Origin: Candidatus Polarisedimenticolia bacterium
GTDB taxonomy: Bacteria; Acidobacteriota; Polarisedimenticolia; Gp22-AA2; AA152
NCBI GenBank assembly: GCA_036004685.1
Contig: DASYRE010000023.1
Location: 4,305 to 68,304 of the forward strand
DNA length: 64,000 nt
Direction of reading: 5' to 3'
Both the position numbers and the translations under genes were made by a program. Under the pieces are notes generated by a model that searched no databases, was not told the origin of the DNA, and was given only the letters and a program-made list of their open reading frames with translations. This document shows positions 42,923-52,788 of this stretch, piece after piece; within the stretch, counting starts at the first letter, position 1; the number at the start of each line of letters is the position of its first letter.

Positions 42923-45588
42923 GTCACCCGGCGGAAGCGAGCCGACCCGAAAGACTGCTGCGGATTCTTCACCTGGAGGACGATCCGAATGACGCGGAGC
43001 TGATCCGGAAGGCTCTGCCGAAAGCGGGGCAGGGCCTCTTGGTCGAGCAGGTGTCGACACGAAGCGAGTTCGCGCGGCTCCTCGGCCGGGGAGCAGTCGA
43101 CCTAATCCTCTCGGATTTCGCGCTGCCCGACTTCGACGGTCTTTCCGCCCTCAAGCTGGCGCGCGAAAGGTTCCCGGACGTTCCCTTCATCCTCGTGTCG
43201 GGAACGATCGGTGAGGAAGCCGCCATCGAAAGTCTGCGTAGTGGCGCGACGGACTACGTTCTGAAGCACCGGCTGTCCCGCCTGGGGCCTGCGGTCTCCC
43301 GCGCCCTCGAAGAAGCTGCGGAGCGCAGAAAGCGCGTCGACGCGGAAGAAGCGCTGCATCGGGAACAGCGATTGTCGCGCTTGGAGGAGGCCCGGCGCCG
43401 CCGGAGCGAGGAGCGGCTTGCGGCGCAGTTCGACATGGCTCTTGCTCTGGCCAAGTCGACCTCCCTGGCCGAAGCGACGCCGCGCATTTTGAAGTCGGTC
43501 TGCGAGGTACTCGAGTGTGAATATGCGGCGCTCTGGGAGGTGGACCGCCAGGCCAAAGTTCTGCGCTGCGTGGAGATCTGGCACCCCGCGCGGATCGGCT
43601 TCCCCCAGTTTGAGGAGCTGAGCCGACGGACGACCTTTGCTCCCGGCGTCGGGCTGCCCGGAAGGGTCTGGGCCAGCGGCAAGCCGGCTTGGATCCAGGA
43701 CGTCGTGGAAGACGCCAACTTCCCGCGGGCCCCGGCGGCGAGGCGCGAAGGGCTGCATGGGGCCTATGGCCTGCCCATCGTGCTGCAGGGGGAAGTCCTG
43801 GGCGTTATGGAGTTTTTCAGCCGGGAGATCCGGGAGCCGAGCAGCGATCTGGTCGCGATGCTCACTACGGTGGGAAGTCAGATCGTCCAGTTCATCGAAG
43901 GGAAGCACCGCGAACAGGAGCTGGTGGAACGGGTGCGTCTGACCGCCCTTGGCGCGGACATCGGCATGTCCCTGACCCAGCCCGGCACCCTGCGCGACCG
44001 GTTGCAGCGCTGCGCCGCGGCCGTCGTGAAACACCTCGACGCGGCCTTCGCGCGCATCTGGACGCTCGACCAAGCCGGCCAAGTCCTGGAGCTCCAAGCC
44101 AGCGCGGGCCTCTACACGCACCTGGATGGCGCCCACAGCCGGGTGCCCGTGGGGAAGTACAAGATCGGCCTCATCGCCGAAGAGCGCCAGGCCCACTTGA
44201 CGAACGACGTCCTCAATGACCCCCGAGTCGGGGATAGAGAATGGGCGGCGCGCGAGGGGATGGCCGCGTTCGCCGGTCATCCTCTCATCGCGCGGGATCA
44301 TCTGGTCGGAGTGATGGCTCTATTCGCGCGGCACCCCTTGAGCGACTACGTCTTGACGGCCCTGGCGACCATCGCCGACAACGTCGCGCTGGGTATCGAA
44401 AGCGAGAAAATCGAGGCGGAACGCGAGAAGCTGGAGATCCAGTTCCGGCAGGCCCAGAAGATGGAAGCCGTGGGGCGTCTCGCCGGCGGAGTCGCCCACG
44501 ACTTCAACAACCTGCTGAGTGTCATTCTCGGCTATGGCAACCTCATGCTGGCGCGATCGGAGCGCAGCGAAGGAGATCGCAAGAGCCTACAGGAAATGTG
44601 CAAGGCCGCCGAGCGCGCCGCAGGCTTGACGCGCCAGCTTCTCGCCTTCAGCCGCCAGCAGGTTCTGATCCCGGAGATCTTCGATGTTCGCGAGACCGTC
44701 AAGGAACTGTCGAAAATGCTGGGCCGGCTGATCGGCGAGGACGTCGAGCTGCAGACGCATTGTTGCGAGGAGCCCTGCCACGTATTGGCCGATCGTGGGC
44801 AGGTGGAGCAAGTCATCATGAACCTCGTGGTGAACTCGCGCGATGCCATGCCTCAGGGAGGAAAGCTGTGCGTCGAAGTCCGGAGCGTCGGAGTGGCTGC
44901 GCCGATTCCGCACGATCACGTGACCATGCCGGCAGGACGCTACGTGATGCTGGAAGTCATCGATACCGGAACCGGCATGGATTCCGCCACCCAAAACCGC
45001 GTTTTCGAGCCGTTCTTCACGACCAAGGAGCAGGGAAAGGGGACCGGCCTGGGACTCGCGACGGTGTACGGAATCGTCAAGCAGAGCAATGGCTACATCT
45101 GGGTGCACAGCGAGCCTGGCAAGGGAACGAAGTTCACAATCTATCTGCCGCTTTCCCAAGGGCAGGCGAAGGAGGCGATTCCCGTGCCGCGCGGCGCGCT
45201 CCTGCGCGGAACCGGCACGATCCTCCTGGTGGAAGATTCCGAAGCTCTGCGCCGTCTGGCCCGGCACGTGCTCGAGGATACCGGCTACACGGTTCTGGCC
45301 GCCTCCAGCGGCGAAGAAGCGGAACGTCTGGCAGCCGGCCATTCCGGCCGGATCGATCTGCTTCTCGTCGATGTCGTCATGCCTGGAATGAACGGCCGAG
45401 AACTGGCGGAGCGCTTGTCATCGTTGCGCTCCGAGATGCAGATCCTCTACATGTCGGGCTACACGAACGACGCGGTCTTGCAGCACGGGATCGCGTCGGA
45501 GGCGGTGAACTTCATCCAGAAACCGTTCACTCCGAGCGTCATGACGCGCAAAGTGCGCGAAATTCTGAAGCAGAATCCCTCCTTCTGA
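42919..45588 (+). CDS. Hybrid sensor kinase: REC / coiled coil / GAF / GAF / HisKA / HATPase_c / REC
   Basis: ATGA overlap with upstream gene. N-terminal REC ([13 protein letters not shown]), two GAF-like regions, H-box [13 protein letters not shown]-boxes ([15 protein letters not shown]), C-terminal REC ([13 protein letters not shown]). Confidence 0.85.
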   Translation: MSHPAEASRPERLLRILHLEDDPNDAELIRKALPKAGQGLLVEQVSTRSEFARLLGRGAVDLILSDFALPDFDGLSALKLARERFPDVPFILVSGTIGEEAAIESLRSGATDYVLKHRLSRLGPAVSRALEEAAERRKRVDAEEALHREQRLSRLEEARRRRSEERLAAQFDMALALAKSTSLAEATPRILKSVCEVLECEYAALWEVDRQAKVLRCVEIWHPARIGFPQFEELSRRTTFAPGVGLPGRVWASGKPAWIQDVVEDANFPRAPAARREGLHGAYGLPIVLQGEVLGVMEFFSREIREPSSDLVAMLTTVGSQIVQFIEGKHREQELVERVRLTALGADIGMSLTQPGTLRDRLQRCAAAVVKHLDAAFARIWTLDQAGQVLELQASAGLYTHLDGAHSRVPVGKYKIGLIAEERQAHLTNDVLNDPRVGDREWAAREGMAAFAGHPLIARDHLVGVMALFARHPLSDYVLTALATIADNVALGIESEKIEAEREKLEIQFRQAQKMEAVGRLAGGVAHDFNNLLSVILGYGNLMLARSERSEGDRKSLQEMCKAAERAAGLTRQLLAFSRQQVLIPEIFDVRETVKELSKMLGRLIGEDVELQTHCCEEPCHVLADRGQVEQVIMNLVVNSRDAMPQGGKLCVEVRSVGVAAPIPHDHVTMPAGRYVMLEVIDTGTGMDSATQNRVFEPFFTTKEQGKGTGLGLATVYGIVKQSNGYIWVHSEPGKGTKFTIYLPLSQGQAKEAIPVPRGALLRGTGTILLVEDSEALRRLARHVLEDTGYTVLAASSGEEAERLAAGHSGRIDLLLVDVVMPGMNGRELAERLSSLRSEMQILYMSGYTNDAVLQHGIASEAVNFIQKPFTPSVMTRKVREILKQNPSF

Positions 45589-45738
45589 AGTCATTCCCCG
45601 CCTTCTCCGGAGCGAAAAGTGTCGGAGCCCCGCTCTTTGCGCATCTCCGAAGAGACGGGGCATCGTCCTCGGACGAGGCCGTTGGCAAGGATATAATCCC
45701 CCAGGCGTTGGGCATCCGGAGCGCACAGGGGACATCGA

Positions 45739-46788
45739 ATGAACCGCAAGGCCATCATTTTCATCGCATTGGCCGTCATCGCGGGCTCCGCGGTCCTCTA
45801 TTTCTGGTTCGCTTCGCGGCCCCGGACGATGGTCTTGACCGGGTTGGTGACCACGAACGACGTCATCGTCAGCTCGCAGATCGCCGGTCAGATCGACAAG
45901 CTCCTGGTCACCGAAGGCAACGTCGTGAAGCACGGAGACCTGCTCGTGGTGATCAAGCCGGACGAGCTGCAGGCCGACGCCGCCTACTACGCTCACAGCG
46001 CCGAGGGAGTCGCGGAGCAGGTGAAGGAGGGCGAGGCGGCGCTGCGGTATCAGCAGCGGCAGACCACCGATCAGATCAAGCAGGCGGAGGCTGTCGTTTC
46101 CTCCGTGGAGGCCCAGCGCGCCGCCGCCGAGGCGGACGCTGAGAACGCCCGGCTGATCTTCGAGCGCAGCGAAGGCCTGAAGAGCCAGGGTATCCTTTCC
46201 CAGGGTGAGTACGACCAGGCGCGCACAACCTACGCTGCGGCCCAGGCCAAAGTGGACTCGTTCCGGAAGCAGGCGGACGCCCAACGGGCCACCCTGGCGC
46301 TGGCCCGGGCGAACGCCGAACAGAACGCCGTCAGATTGCACCAGCTCGATTCGAGCCGCCAGGAGCAGGCGGCGGCCGCCGCGCAGCGGACGAAGGCCGA
46401 CGTTCGGCTCGCCTACACCGAGCTGCGGGCCCCCATCGGCGGCTTGGTGGACGTGCGCGCCGTCCGCGCCGGCGAAGTGGTCGCCGCGGGCCAGCCGCTC
46501 CTGACTCTCATCAATCCGGACGATCTGTGGGTGCGCGCGGACGTAGAGGAGACTTATGTGGACCACGTGCGGCTCGGGGACCGTCTGACCGTGCGGCTCC
46601 CTTCGGGCAAGGAGCGCCCGGGGGTTGTCTTCTATCGCGCGGCCGACGCCGCGTTCGCCACGCAGCGCGACGTGAGCCGCTCCAAGCGGGACATCAAGAC
46701 CTTCGAGATCCGCCTGCGCGTCGACAACCGGGACCGGGGCCTCGCCGTCGGCATGACGGCCTACGTGATCCTCCCGCCGATTTCCTGA
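45739..46788 (+). CDS. HlyD-family periplasmic adaptor (membrane fusion protein)
   Basis: N-terminal TM (AIIFIALAVIAGSAVLYFWF), biotinyl-lipoyl-like hairpin, long coiled coil (Q/A/E-rich), beta-barrel C-terminus. Stop overlaps ATPase start (TGATG). Confidence 0.8.
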   Translation: MNRKAIIFIALAVIAGSAVLYFWFASRPRTMVLTGLVTTNDVIVSSQIAGQIDKLLVTEGNVVKHGDLLVVIKPDELQADAAYYAHSAEGVAEQVKEGEAALRYQQRQTTDQIKQAEAVVSSVEAQRAAAEADAENARLIFERSEGLKSQGILSQGEYDQARTTYAAAQAKVDSFRKQADAQRATLALARANAEQNAVRLHQLDSSRQEQAAAAAQRTKADVRLAYTELRAPIGGLVDVRAVRAGEVVAAGQPLLTLINPDDLWVRADVEETYVDHVRLGDRLTVRLPSGKERPGVVFYRAADAAFATQRDVSRSKRDIKTFEIRLRVDNRDRGLAVGMTAYVILPPIS

Positions 46789-47777
46789 TGGCCGCCATCG
46801 ACGTCCGTCAGATCGTGAAGAAGTTCGACGACTTCACCGCCGTCAGCGGCGTCAGCTTCACGGTCGAGCGCGGGGAAATCTTCGGCCTCCTGGGCCCCAA
46901 CGGCGCGGGAAAATCGACGCTCATCCGGATGCTCACGACCCTGATCGTGCCGACTTCCGGCACCGCGACCGTCAACGAGTTCGACATCCGGACCCAGCAA
47001 AACGGCGTCCGGCAGTCGATCGGCGTGATCCCCCAGGCGATGACCAGCGATCTCGAGCTGAGCGTCGAGGAGAACCTGATCATCTACGCGAAGCTCTACG
47101 GCGTGACACGCGAGCGCCGTAAGAAGCTGACGCGCGAGCTGCTCGAGTCGGTGGAGCTGACGCAGTGGGCCGACAAGCCGGTCAAGAACCTTTCCGGCGG
47201 GATGCGCCGCCGCGTGGAGATCGCCCGCGGCCTCGTCCACGAGCCCAAGATCTTCTTCCTTGACGAGCCGACGACCGGGCTCGACCCGGTGTCGCGCGTC
47301 GCCGTCTGGGAGATGCTCCAGCGCATCAAGGGGCAGCGCGACCTCACGGTTCTGCTGACGACCCATTACATGGATGAGGCCGACAAGCTGTGCGATCGGA
47401 TCGCCATCGTCGACCACGGCGAACTGAAGGCTCTCGATTCCCCGGCGAAGCTGAAGGCCTCCGTCCCCGGACAGAACTTCGTGGAGGCCAGCTTCTCGAC
47501 GGTGCCGGAGGGCTGGCCCGAAGTCCTGAAGGGGCTTCCAGCCGTCCAGAGCGTGACCGGCAAGGACAGGATCTACCGGATCTCGTCGGGCGACGGTCCC
47601 GAGACCACGATGGCGCTGATGGACGCCGCCCGGAAGTCCGGGGTCGACGTGGAGTCGCTCTCCGTGCAGAGCACGACCCTGGACGACGTGTTCGTCCATT
47701 ACACGGGGCGGGGGCTCCGGGACGCCCTGCAGGAGGCCTCCCCGATGGACAGCCCGTTCATGATGCGGCGCGGGTAG
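46788..47777 (+). CDS. ABC transporter ATP-binding protein
   Basis: Walker A GPNGAGKST, Q-loop, signature LSGGMRRRV, Walker B IFFLDEPTTGLD, H-loop. Start from ATG overlapping HlyD stop. The long ORF 46527.. upstream portion rejected. Confidence 0.9.
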   Translation: MAAIDVRQIVKKFDDFTAVSGVSFTVERGEIFGLLGPNGAGKSTLIRMLTTLIVPTSGTATVNEFDIRTQQNGVRQSIGVIPQAMTSDLELSVEENLIIYAKLYGVTRERRKKLTRELLESVELTQWADKPVKNLSGGMRRRVEIARGLVHEPKIFFLDEPTTGLDPVSRVAVWEMLQRIKGQRDLTVLLTTHYMDEADKLCDRIAIVDHGELKALDSPAKLKASVPGQNFVEASFSTVPEGWPEVLKGLPAVQSVTGKDRIYRISSGDGPETTMALMDAARKSGVDVESLSVQSTTLDDVFVHYTGRGLRDALQEASPMDSPFMMRRG

Positions 47778-47787
47778 GAGCGGGACG

Positions 47788-48903
47788 ATGCAGCGGATGT
47801 GGGCGATCATCGAGCGCGAGCTGCGGCGTTTCCGCAGGAGCCCGGCGCTGATCTTCATCTCCCTCGTCTTCCCGCTCGTCCAGCTCGTCGTGCTGGGATA
47901 TGCGTTCGGCGGCGTCGTAAAGCACCTCAAGATCGGAATCGTCGATCAGGATCACGGCCTCTCCGCGGTGAAGGTCCGCGAGCTCTGCAACGCCGCCGCG
48001 AGCGGCGCGAAGACCTTCGATCCCGTCCTCTACGCCGATCCGGGCGTGGCGCTGCGGGATCTCAAGAACGGAAAGATCAACGGCATCCTGACGATCCCGC
48101 CCGATTTCTCGCGGCGGACGCTGCAGAAGGCGGGATCCCGCCTCGCCTTGATCGAGGACAACACCGACGGGTTCGCCTCCTCCGCGCTGGCCGCGTCGGT
48201 CGGCGGGCTGGTGGGCGCCCTGAACCTGCCGGCTCAGGACGCGCGGCGGGTGCCGACCCAGGTGAGTCTGGATGTCGTTGAGGTGTATCCCTACGTCCCG
48301 TACATCCAGTACCTGCTTCCGGGGACGGTCGTCATGTCGATCTTCATGATGGTGATGATCGGCGGGGGGATCATCTTCATCGACGACAAGGCGCGCGGCC
48401 TGCACGAAGGCTACCTGGTCACCCCGATCTCCAAGCTCGAGCTCATCGGCGGCTTCAATCTCTCCGGGACGATCAAGGCGGTGGCGGCGGGCACGGTCCT
48501 GGCACTGCTCGGCTCGTGGATCGCCGGGATCCCCGATCCGCTCCAACCCTGGCGCCTCGTCAAAGTGTTCCTCGTGATCGTCGTCACCGCGTTCGCCCTC
48601 ATCAGTCTCATGTTCCTGCTGATGGTGCGCGTGACCGATCCCCTCGTTCCCCGCGCTGTCTTCGGAGTCCTGAATACCCTGCTCTTCTTCCCGAGCGGCG
48701 CCGTCTACCCCCAGCAGGCGTTTCCTCCCTGGCTCAAAGGGATCGCCACGATCGATCCCTTCACGTACGCCGTCCACGCGCTCAAGAGCCTGCTCCTGAA
48801 GAACACCGGCTTCGACGCCATCGGCTGGGACCTCGTCTACCTCTCGATCTTCTCCATCATCGCCATGACCGCCGCCACCATGCTCTTCCGAAGGACGCTC
48901 TGA
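47788..48903 (+). CDS. ABC-2 type transporter permease
   Basis: 371 aa. N-terminal TM, large extracytoplasmic loop, 5 further TM helices. ABC-2 family topology. 10 nt after ATPase gene. Confidence 0.8.
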   Translation: MQRMWAIIERELRRFRRSPALIFISLVFPLVQLVVLGYAFGGVVKHLKIGIVDQDHGLSAVKVRELCNAAASGAKTFDPVLYADPGVALRDLKNGKINGILTIPPDFSRRTLQKAGSRLALIEDNTDGFASSALAASVGGLVGALNLPAQDARRVPTQVSLDVVEVYPYVPYIQYLLPGTVVMSIFMMVMIGGGIIFIDDKARGLHEGYLVTPISKLELIGGFNLSGTIKAVAAGTVLALLGSWIAGIPDPLQPWRLVKVFLVIVVTAFALISLMFLLMVRVTDPLVPRAVFGVLNTLLFFPSGAVYPQQAFPPWLKGIATIDPFTYAVHALKSLLLKNTGFDAIGWDLVYLSIFSIIAMTAATMLFRRTL

Positions 48904-48914
48904 GGGCTTACAGT

Positions 48915-48938
48915 AAAAGGGCCCGCACGGGCGGGCCC
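48915..48938 (-). terminator. Rho-independent terminator for the minus-strand TonB-receptor transcript (GGGCCCGC-ccgt-GCGGGCCC + UUUU)
   Basis: Perfect 8-bp GC stem with 4-nt loop at 48919-48938. AAAA at 48915-48918 on plus is the U-tract on minus. No U-tract on plus side. Confidence 0.5.
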
Positions 48939-48968
48939 TCACGAATCAATCTTCCGAAGAGCGAGCGG

Positions 48969-49097
48969 CTAGAAACTCCAGCTCAAGGCCAGGCGCATGG
49001 TGCGGGGCGCGCCGTAGCTGTTCGGCGTCAGAAAGACGGGGTTCCCGATCCCGGCGATCGACTCCACGTTGTCGTCGAAGGTCCGGGCCTCCTGGTT
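48969..49097 (-). pseudogene. Orphan duplicated 3'-end fragment of a TonB-dependent receptor gene (last ~43 codons incl. stop), out of frame with the intact gene
   Basis: Minus-strand translation NQEARTFDDNVESIAGIGNPVFLTPNSYGAPRTMRLALSWSF* versus intact C-terminus …NQEARRFDDNVESTAGVGNPDFLTPSAYGAPRAIRLAANWTF*. ~80% nt identity between 48969-49100 and 49126-49257. Similarity ends abruptly at ~49100. Confidence 0.55.
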
Positions 49098-49125
49098 GCC
49101 CCCCCGATGCTCTCCTCGTGATGGC

Positions 49126-52100
49126 CTAGAAAGTCCAGTTTGCTGCCAGCCGAATGGCCCGGGGCGCGCCGTAGGCGCTGGGCGTCAAGAAGTCGGGGTT
49201 CCCGACTCCCGCGGTGCTTTCCACGTTATCGTCGAATCGCCGAGCTTCCTGATTGTTGAAGACGTTGAACACGTCGAAGGACAGGTTCAGCTGGGATTTT
49301 TCGCCGAACTTCACCGGATAGCCAAAATGGACGTCGATGGTCACGATGTCCGGATTTCGGCCCAATAGTCCGCGGGGAACGTGTTTGTAGTCGACGAGGA
49401 AGAGATTGCTTTTCGTGCAGCCGGGGACCAAGCTGGAGGAACACTTTGGCAGGGCGAAGAACTCAGAGCTTTTGCCTCGATCGAGGGTGTCGGCCGTGTC
49501 ATCGCCATCCGAGTCTAACCACCAGGCATAGACCGGCTCCAGGCCCGGAAGCTCACCGCTGTTCTGGTATAAGGCGTGGGGGTGGGCGAGCTGGGGGGTG
49601 CGGGGAGTGCCCGACTGCCAGTTGAAACCTCCGCCGATCGTGAATCCGCTGGGCCACCGGTAATAGGGATAAACGTTCAGGACGTGCGTGCGGTCCGTAT
49701 TGAGGAAGCCGGATGCGAATTGCCCCGACATGAGGGGGGAATTAGGGAAGTCGAAGAGCGAAGTGATGTTCGGGTCGCTCTGGCCGTTATCGTTCCGGAA
49801 CAGTCCTTCGTAATTCCCTTTGAGCTGCGCGTATCGGTAGTTGGCCGTCACCGCCCAACTATTGGAGAAGGTCTTGTTGATGTTGAACTCGAGCGCTTTG
49901 TAATCCCGCTTCGGGGCGGGGAAGTTCGCGGCTCTTGGAGTATTTACGGCAGGATTGGCCAGGACGTAGTTCCCGAACGGGGCGGCATCGAACGACCCTG
50001 CCGGCACCCCGGGACAGGTCGTCCCGGAGCTGGGGAATGGGTCGCAGGGGTACCCGTAGTTGGTTCCGTAGTAATAGTTTTCGGTGGCTTCGATGGTCGA
50101 GAATTGGGTGTCCTCCAAGACTCGTCCCTGATAGCGGAAGATTCCCCGGATCTCAACGGCCAAGTCGGGGCGGATCTGCTGCTGGTAGCCGAGAATGTAC
50201 TCGTCCTCATAGGGCAGGCGGGTCCCGGGCTGGACGGTGGTAGTCGCTCCCCCGAGCCCGTGAACGGTGTCGGTCTGGGTCGCCGTCCTCGGATCAGGTC
50301 CGTCGTATTCGATCCGCCCCCCGACCTCATTGCTGAACGAGCGGACAGCGAGATCATTCGGGATCTGCTCGTAGTAGCGGGCGTAGTTCCCATAGAGCTT
50401 GCTTTTCCCGTTTCCCAGGACGTCGTAGATCGCCCCGATTCGTGGAGAATACTCCCAGTCGAAGGTGTAGCCGCTGGGCAGGAAGGTCGTGGTTCCCACC
50501 CTTCCAGGATTCGCGAGGTTGTAGGGGAGAGTGAAATTCCCCGAGCCCTTCACCTTTTCGTGGGTCGCGCGGACGCCGGCCTTCACCGTCCAACGGGAAG
50601 TGATCTGCCAGGTGTCCTGGGCAAAGAGGTTCAACACCTTGTTGGTCGTGGGAGGCACTACCGGACGGAACCGGCTTCGGATGACTTCGAACTGATTGGA
50701 GTCTCTCTCTTCGATGAGCGCCCCTGAAAACGACTGGATGGGAGTCTTGTTCCAAACGCTCTTGTCGCAGGTGTCGCCAACGGGGCAATCGGAGTTGCGG
50801 ACGCAGGCTACCGCCGGGTTCGCGGTGCAGCTGGCGGCAACGAAGGCGGTGAAGCTGGGGCCCGAGTAGTGCTGGTTGTCGGTGTATTCGATGTCATCGA
50901 ACCCCGCACCGTACCTCACCTCGTGCTTGCCGATGACGTTCGTCAGCTTGACGGAGTACTGCGTGCTGAGGTCCCGCTGGTCGGACAGGAACCCCGGGCC
51001 TCCCCGGAAGTTTACCGGACCTACCTCGACCTGGCCCGAGTTAGCGAGCAGCTGCGCTCGCAGGTCCGCGATCTGGTAATCGTCCAGGAGAGGGGTTTCG
51101 CTGAACCGGCCGTGGTGCCGGGAGATCTGCGCGTCGATGAAGAACTTCGGAGTGAGGATTCCATTGTACTTGAGGGCTCCATTATTGGCGCCATAGCGGA
51201 TTCCGCTCTGCCCGCCTCCCAGGACATAGTCACTATAAAGCAAGGAGGACGAACCGCTAATCTGCTGGGTATCGGCGTTCTGCGGACCATTGAATCCCCG
51301 GGAAGGGTCGCCGAAGAAAGAGAGGTCGAACCGGTGGTTGGCAGCCACGAACCAGGTCAGCTTCCCGGCATAGTTGTAACTTCGGCGCACCCTCTCCTGG
51401 AGCCCGAGCTGGGATGCCGGAAAGGCCTCCTGTCCGGCGATGTCGGGGTTGGTGGTGATGTCGATGGTACAGTCGGCTGGAGTATTGGAGGGCGGACAGC
51501 CGACAGGAAAACTGATGGACTGCACATCGAACCTCGTCTTCGTCTCCACGGGATTGATGGCCACGAACCAGAACAGCTTGTCCTTGACGAAAGGACCGCC
51601 ATAAGAGAATGCGAAGTCGTAAATGTCCTCCTCGCGGGTATTCACGGAGCCCAGGAGGGTTCTCACTCGCTCCCGCGATCCTTCAAGTTCGTGGAACGTC
51701 GAGTTGAAGGCGACGCCTCCTCGGAACTCATTGGTGCCTGATTTCACGATGGCGTTCAGGACCCCCCCGAGGGCCTGGCCGAACTCGGCCTCGAATCCCC
51801 CCGTCTTGACCTGAACTTCGTCCAGGAAGTCGCCGGTAACACCCGTTCCCAGAGAGCCATAAACGATGTTGTAAGCGCCGATGCCGCCGTAGCCGGTGTT
51901 GGTGATGTTGATGCCGTCGATCAGGTAGGAATTCTCCAGACCCGAAGATCCCCCGATCGAAAAGTTCCCGGCCCCGGTGCCTCCGCCGCTCACAACCCCG
52001 GGCGCGGTCAGGAAGAGATTGCTGTAGTTCCGGGCGATTGGGATGGACGCGGTGAAGTCTGACACCTTGACGTTAGTGCCGATTGACGTGGAGGTCCGAT

Positions 52101-52482
52101 CGAGGAGTGGCGCCTGACCCGTGACGGTGATCGTTTCCACCTTGCCCGGCTGCATGGCGTACTTCACCGTCGTCTTCTCGTTGAGCTTGATGATGATATT
52201 GTCCTGGACGATCGTGGAGAAACCCGCCGCGATGATCTGCAGTGTGTAGTTGCCGGGAGTGAGGAAGGGGATGATGAAGTAGCCATTCTTGTCGGAGATG
52301 GCTCTTCTCGCACCCTGGGGAGACTGGGCCGTGACCACCGCGTCGGCGATGGGTCGTCCGCGATCGTCGGTGACGACGCCCGCGATGGTCCCGGTGGTTA
52401 TTTCCTGAGAGGTGGCGGGGGGCGCAAGGCTGGCGACCGCCATCGCCGTGAGGCAGATGAAGAGCAGGCCGTGCCTTTTCAT
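49126..52482 (-). CDS. TonB-dependent receptor with N-terminal carboxypeptidase-regulatory-like (CarboxypepD_reg) domain
   Basis: 1118 aa. Signal peptide MKRHGLLFICLTAMAVASLA. CarboxypepD_reg block (GVVTDDRGRPIADAVVTA…DKNGYFIIPFLTPGNYTL). Plug, long beta-barrel rich in G/Y/N. C-terminal aromatic F. Confidence 0.85.
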   Translation of the reverse strand: MKRHGLLFICLTAMAVASLAPPATSQEITTGTIAGVVTDDRGRPIADAVVTAQSPQGARRAISDKNGYFIIPFLTPGNYTLQIIAAGFSTIVQDNIIIKLNEKTTVKYAMQPGKVETITVTGQAPLLDRTSTSIGTNVKVSDFTASIPIARNYSNLFLTAPGVVSGGGTGAGNFSIGGSSGLENSYLIDGINITNTGYGGIGAYNIVYGSLGTGVTGDFLDEVQVKTGGFEAEFGQALGGVLNAIVKSGTNEFRGGVAFNSTFHELEGSRERVRTLLGSVNTREEDIYDFAFSYGGPFVKDKLFWFVAINPVETKTRFDVQSISFPVGCPPSNTPADCTIDITTNPDIAGQEAFPASQLGLQERVRRSYNYAGKLTWFVAANHRFDLSFFGDPSRGFNGPQNADTQQISGSSSLLYSDYVLGGGQSGIRYGANNGALKYNGILTPKFFIDAQISRHHGRFSETPLLDDYQIADLRAQLLANSGQVEVGPVNFRGGPGFLSDQRDLSTQYSVKLTNVIGKHEVRYGAGFDDIEYTDNQHYSGPSFTAFVAASCTANPAVACVRNSDCPVGDTCDKSVWNKTPIQSFSGALIEERDSNQFEVIRSRFRPVVPPTTNKVLNLFAQDTWQITSRWTVKAGVRATHEKVKGSGNFTLPYNLANPGRVGTTTFLPSGYTFDWEYSPRIGAIYDVLGNGKSKLYGNYARYYEQIPNDLAVRSFSNEVGGRIEYDGPDPRTATQTDTVHGLGGATTTVQPGTRLPYEDEYILGYQQQIRPDLAVEIRGIFRYQGRVLEDTQFSTIEATENYYYGTNYGYPCDPFPSSGTTCPGVPAGSFDAAPFGNYVLANPAVNTPRAANFPAPKRDYKALEFNINKTFSNSWAVTANYRYAQLKGNYEGLFRNDNGQSDPNITSLFDFPNSPLMSGQFASGFLNTDRTHVLNVYPYYRWPSGFTIGGGFNWQSGTPRTPQLAHPHALYQNSGELPGLEPVYAWWLDSDGDDTADTLDRGKSSEFFALPKCSSSLVPGCTKSNLFLVDYKHVPRGLLGRNPDIVTIDVHFGYPVKFGEKSQLNLSFDVFNVFNNQEARRFDDNVESTAGVGNPDFLTPSAYGAPRAIRLAANWTF

Positions 52483-52788
52483 GGTTCCTCCTCAGAAGAC
52501 CAGGAAAGGAGTGGAGTTTTCGGATGGGACCGTGCAGGTCAACAGCCTGCCGGAGGCGGCGGGAGCCGCCGCAGGGCGGGAAGCAACGTGGCACCGCGAG
52601 AGCTTCACGAGAACCTTCTCCTTCCGGCGAGAGAGACCCGGAACTGACGAAGGACTCGGCACTTGATTGAATCTAGATCACCCTTTGATCCTGTGTCAAG
52701 CGAATGATGGCGAAAAGTTTACGGCCCCGGCGACCTTCGCTGGTGGTAAAATCTTGGTCAAGTTCCTCAAGCCTGCCGGAGGTTCGCC

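Noticed and set aside
45682-45697. TTGGCA...TATAAT resembling a sigma70 promoter
   Set aside because: Only 4 nt between the hexamers. As a -35/-10 pair it is invalid. Only the TATAAT is kept as a possible -10.
49069-49444. Short ORFs 49069..49368(+) and 49226..49444(-)
   Set aside because: Lie across the receptor 3' end/duplicated fragment. No RBS or coding bias.
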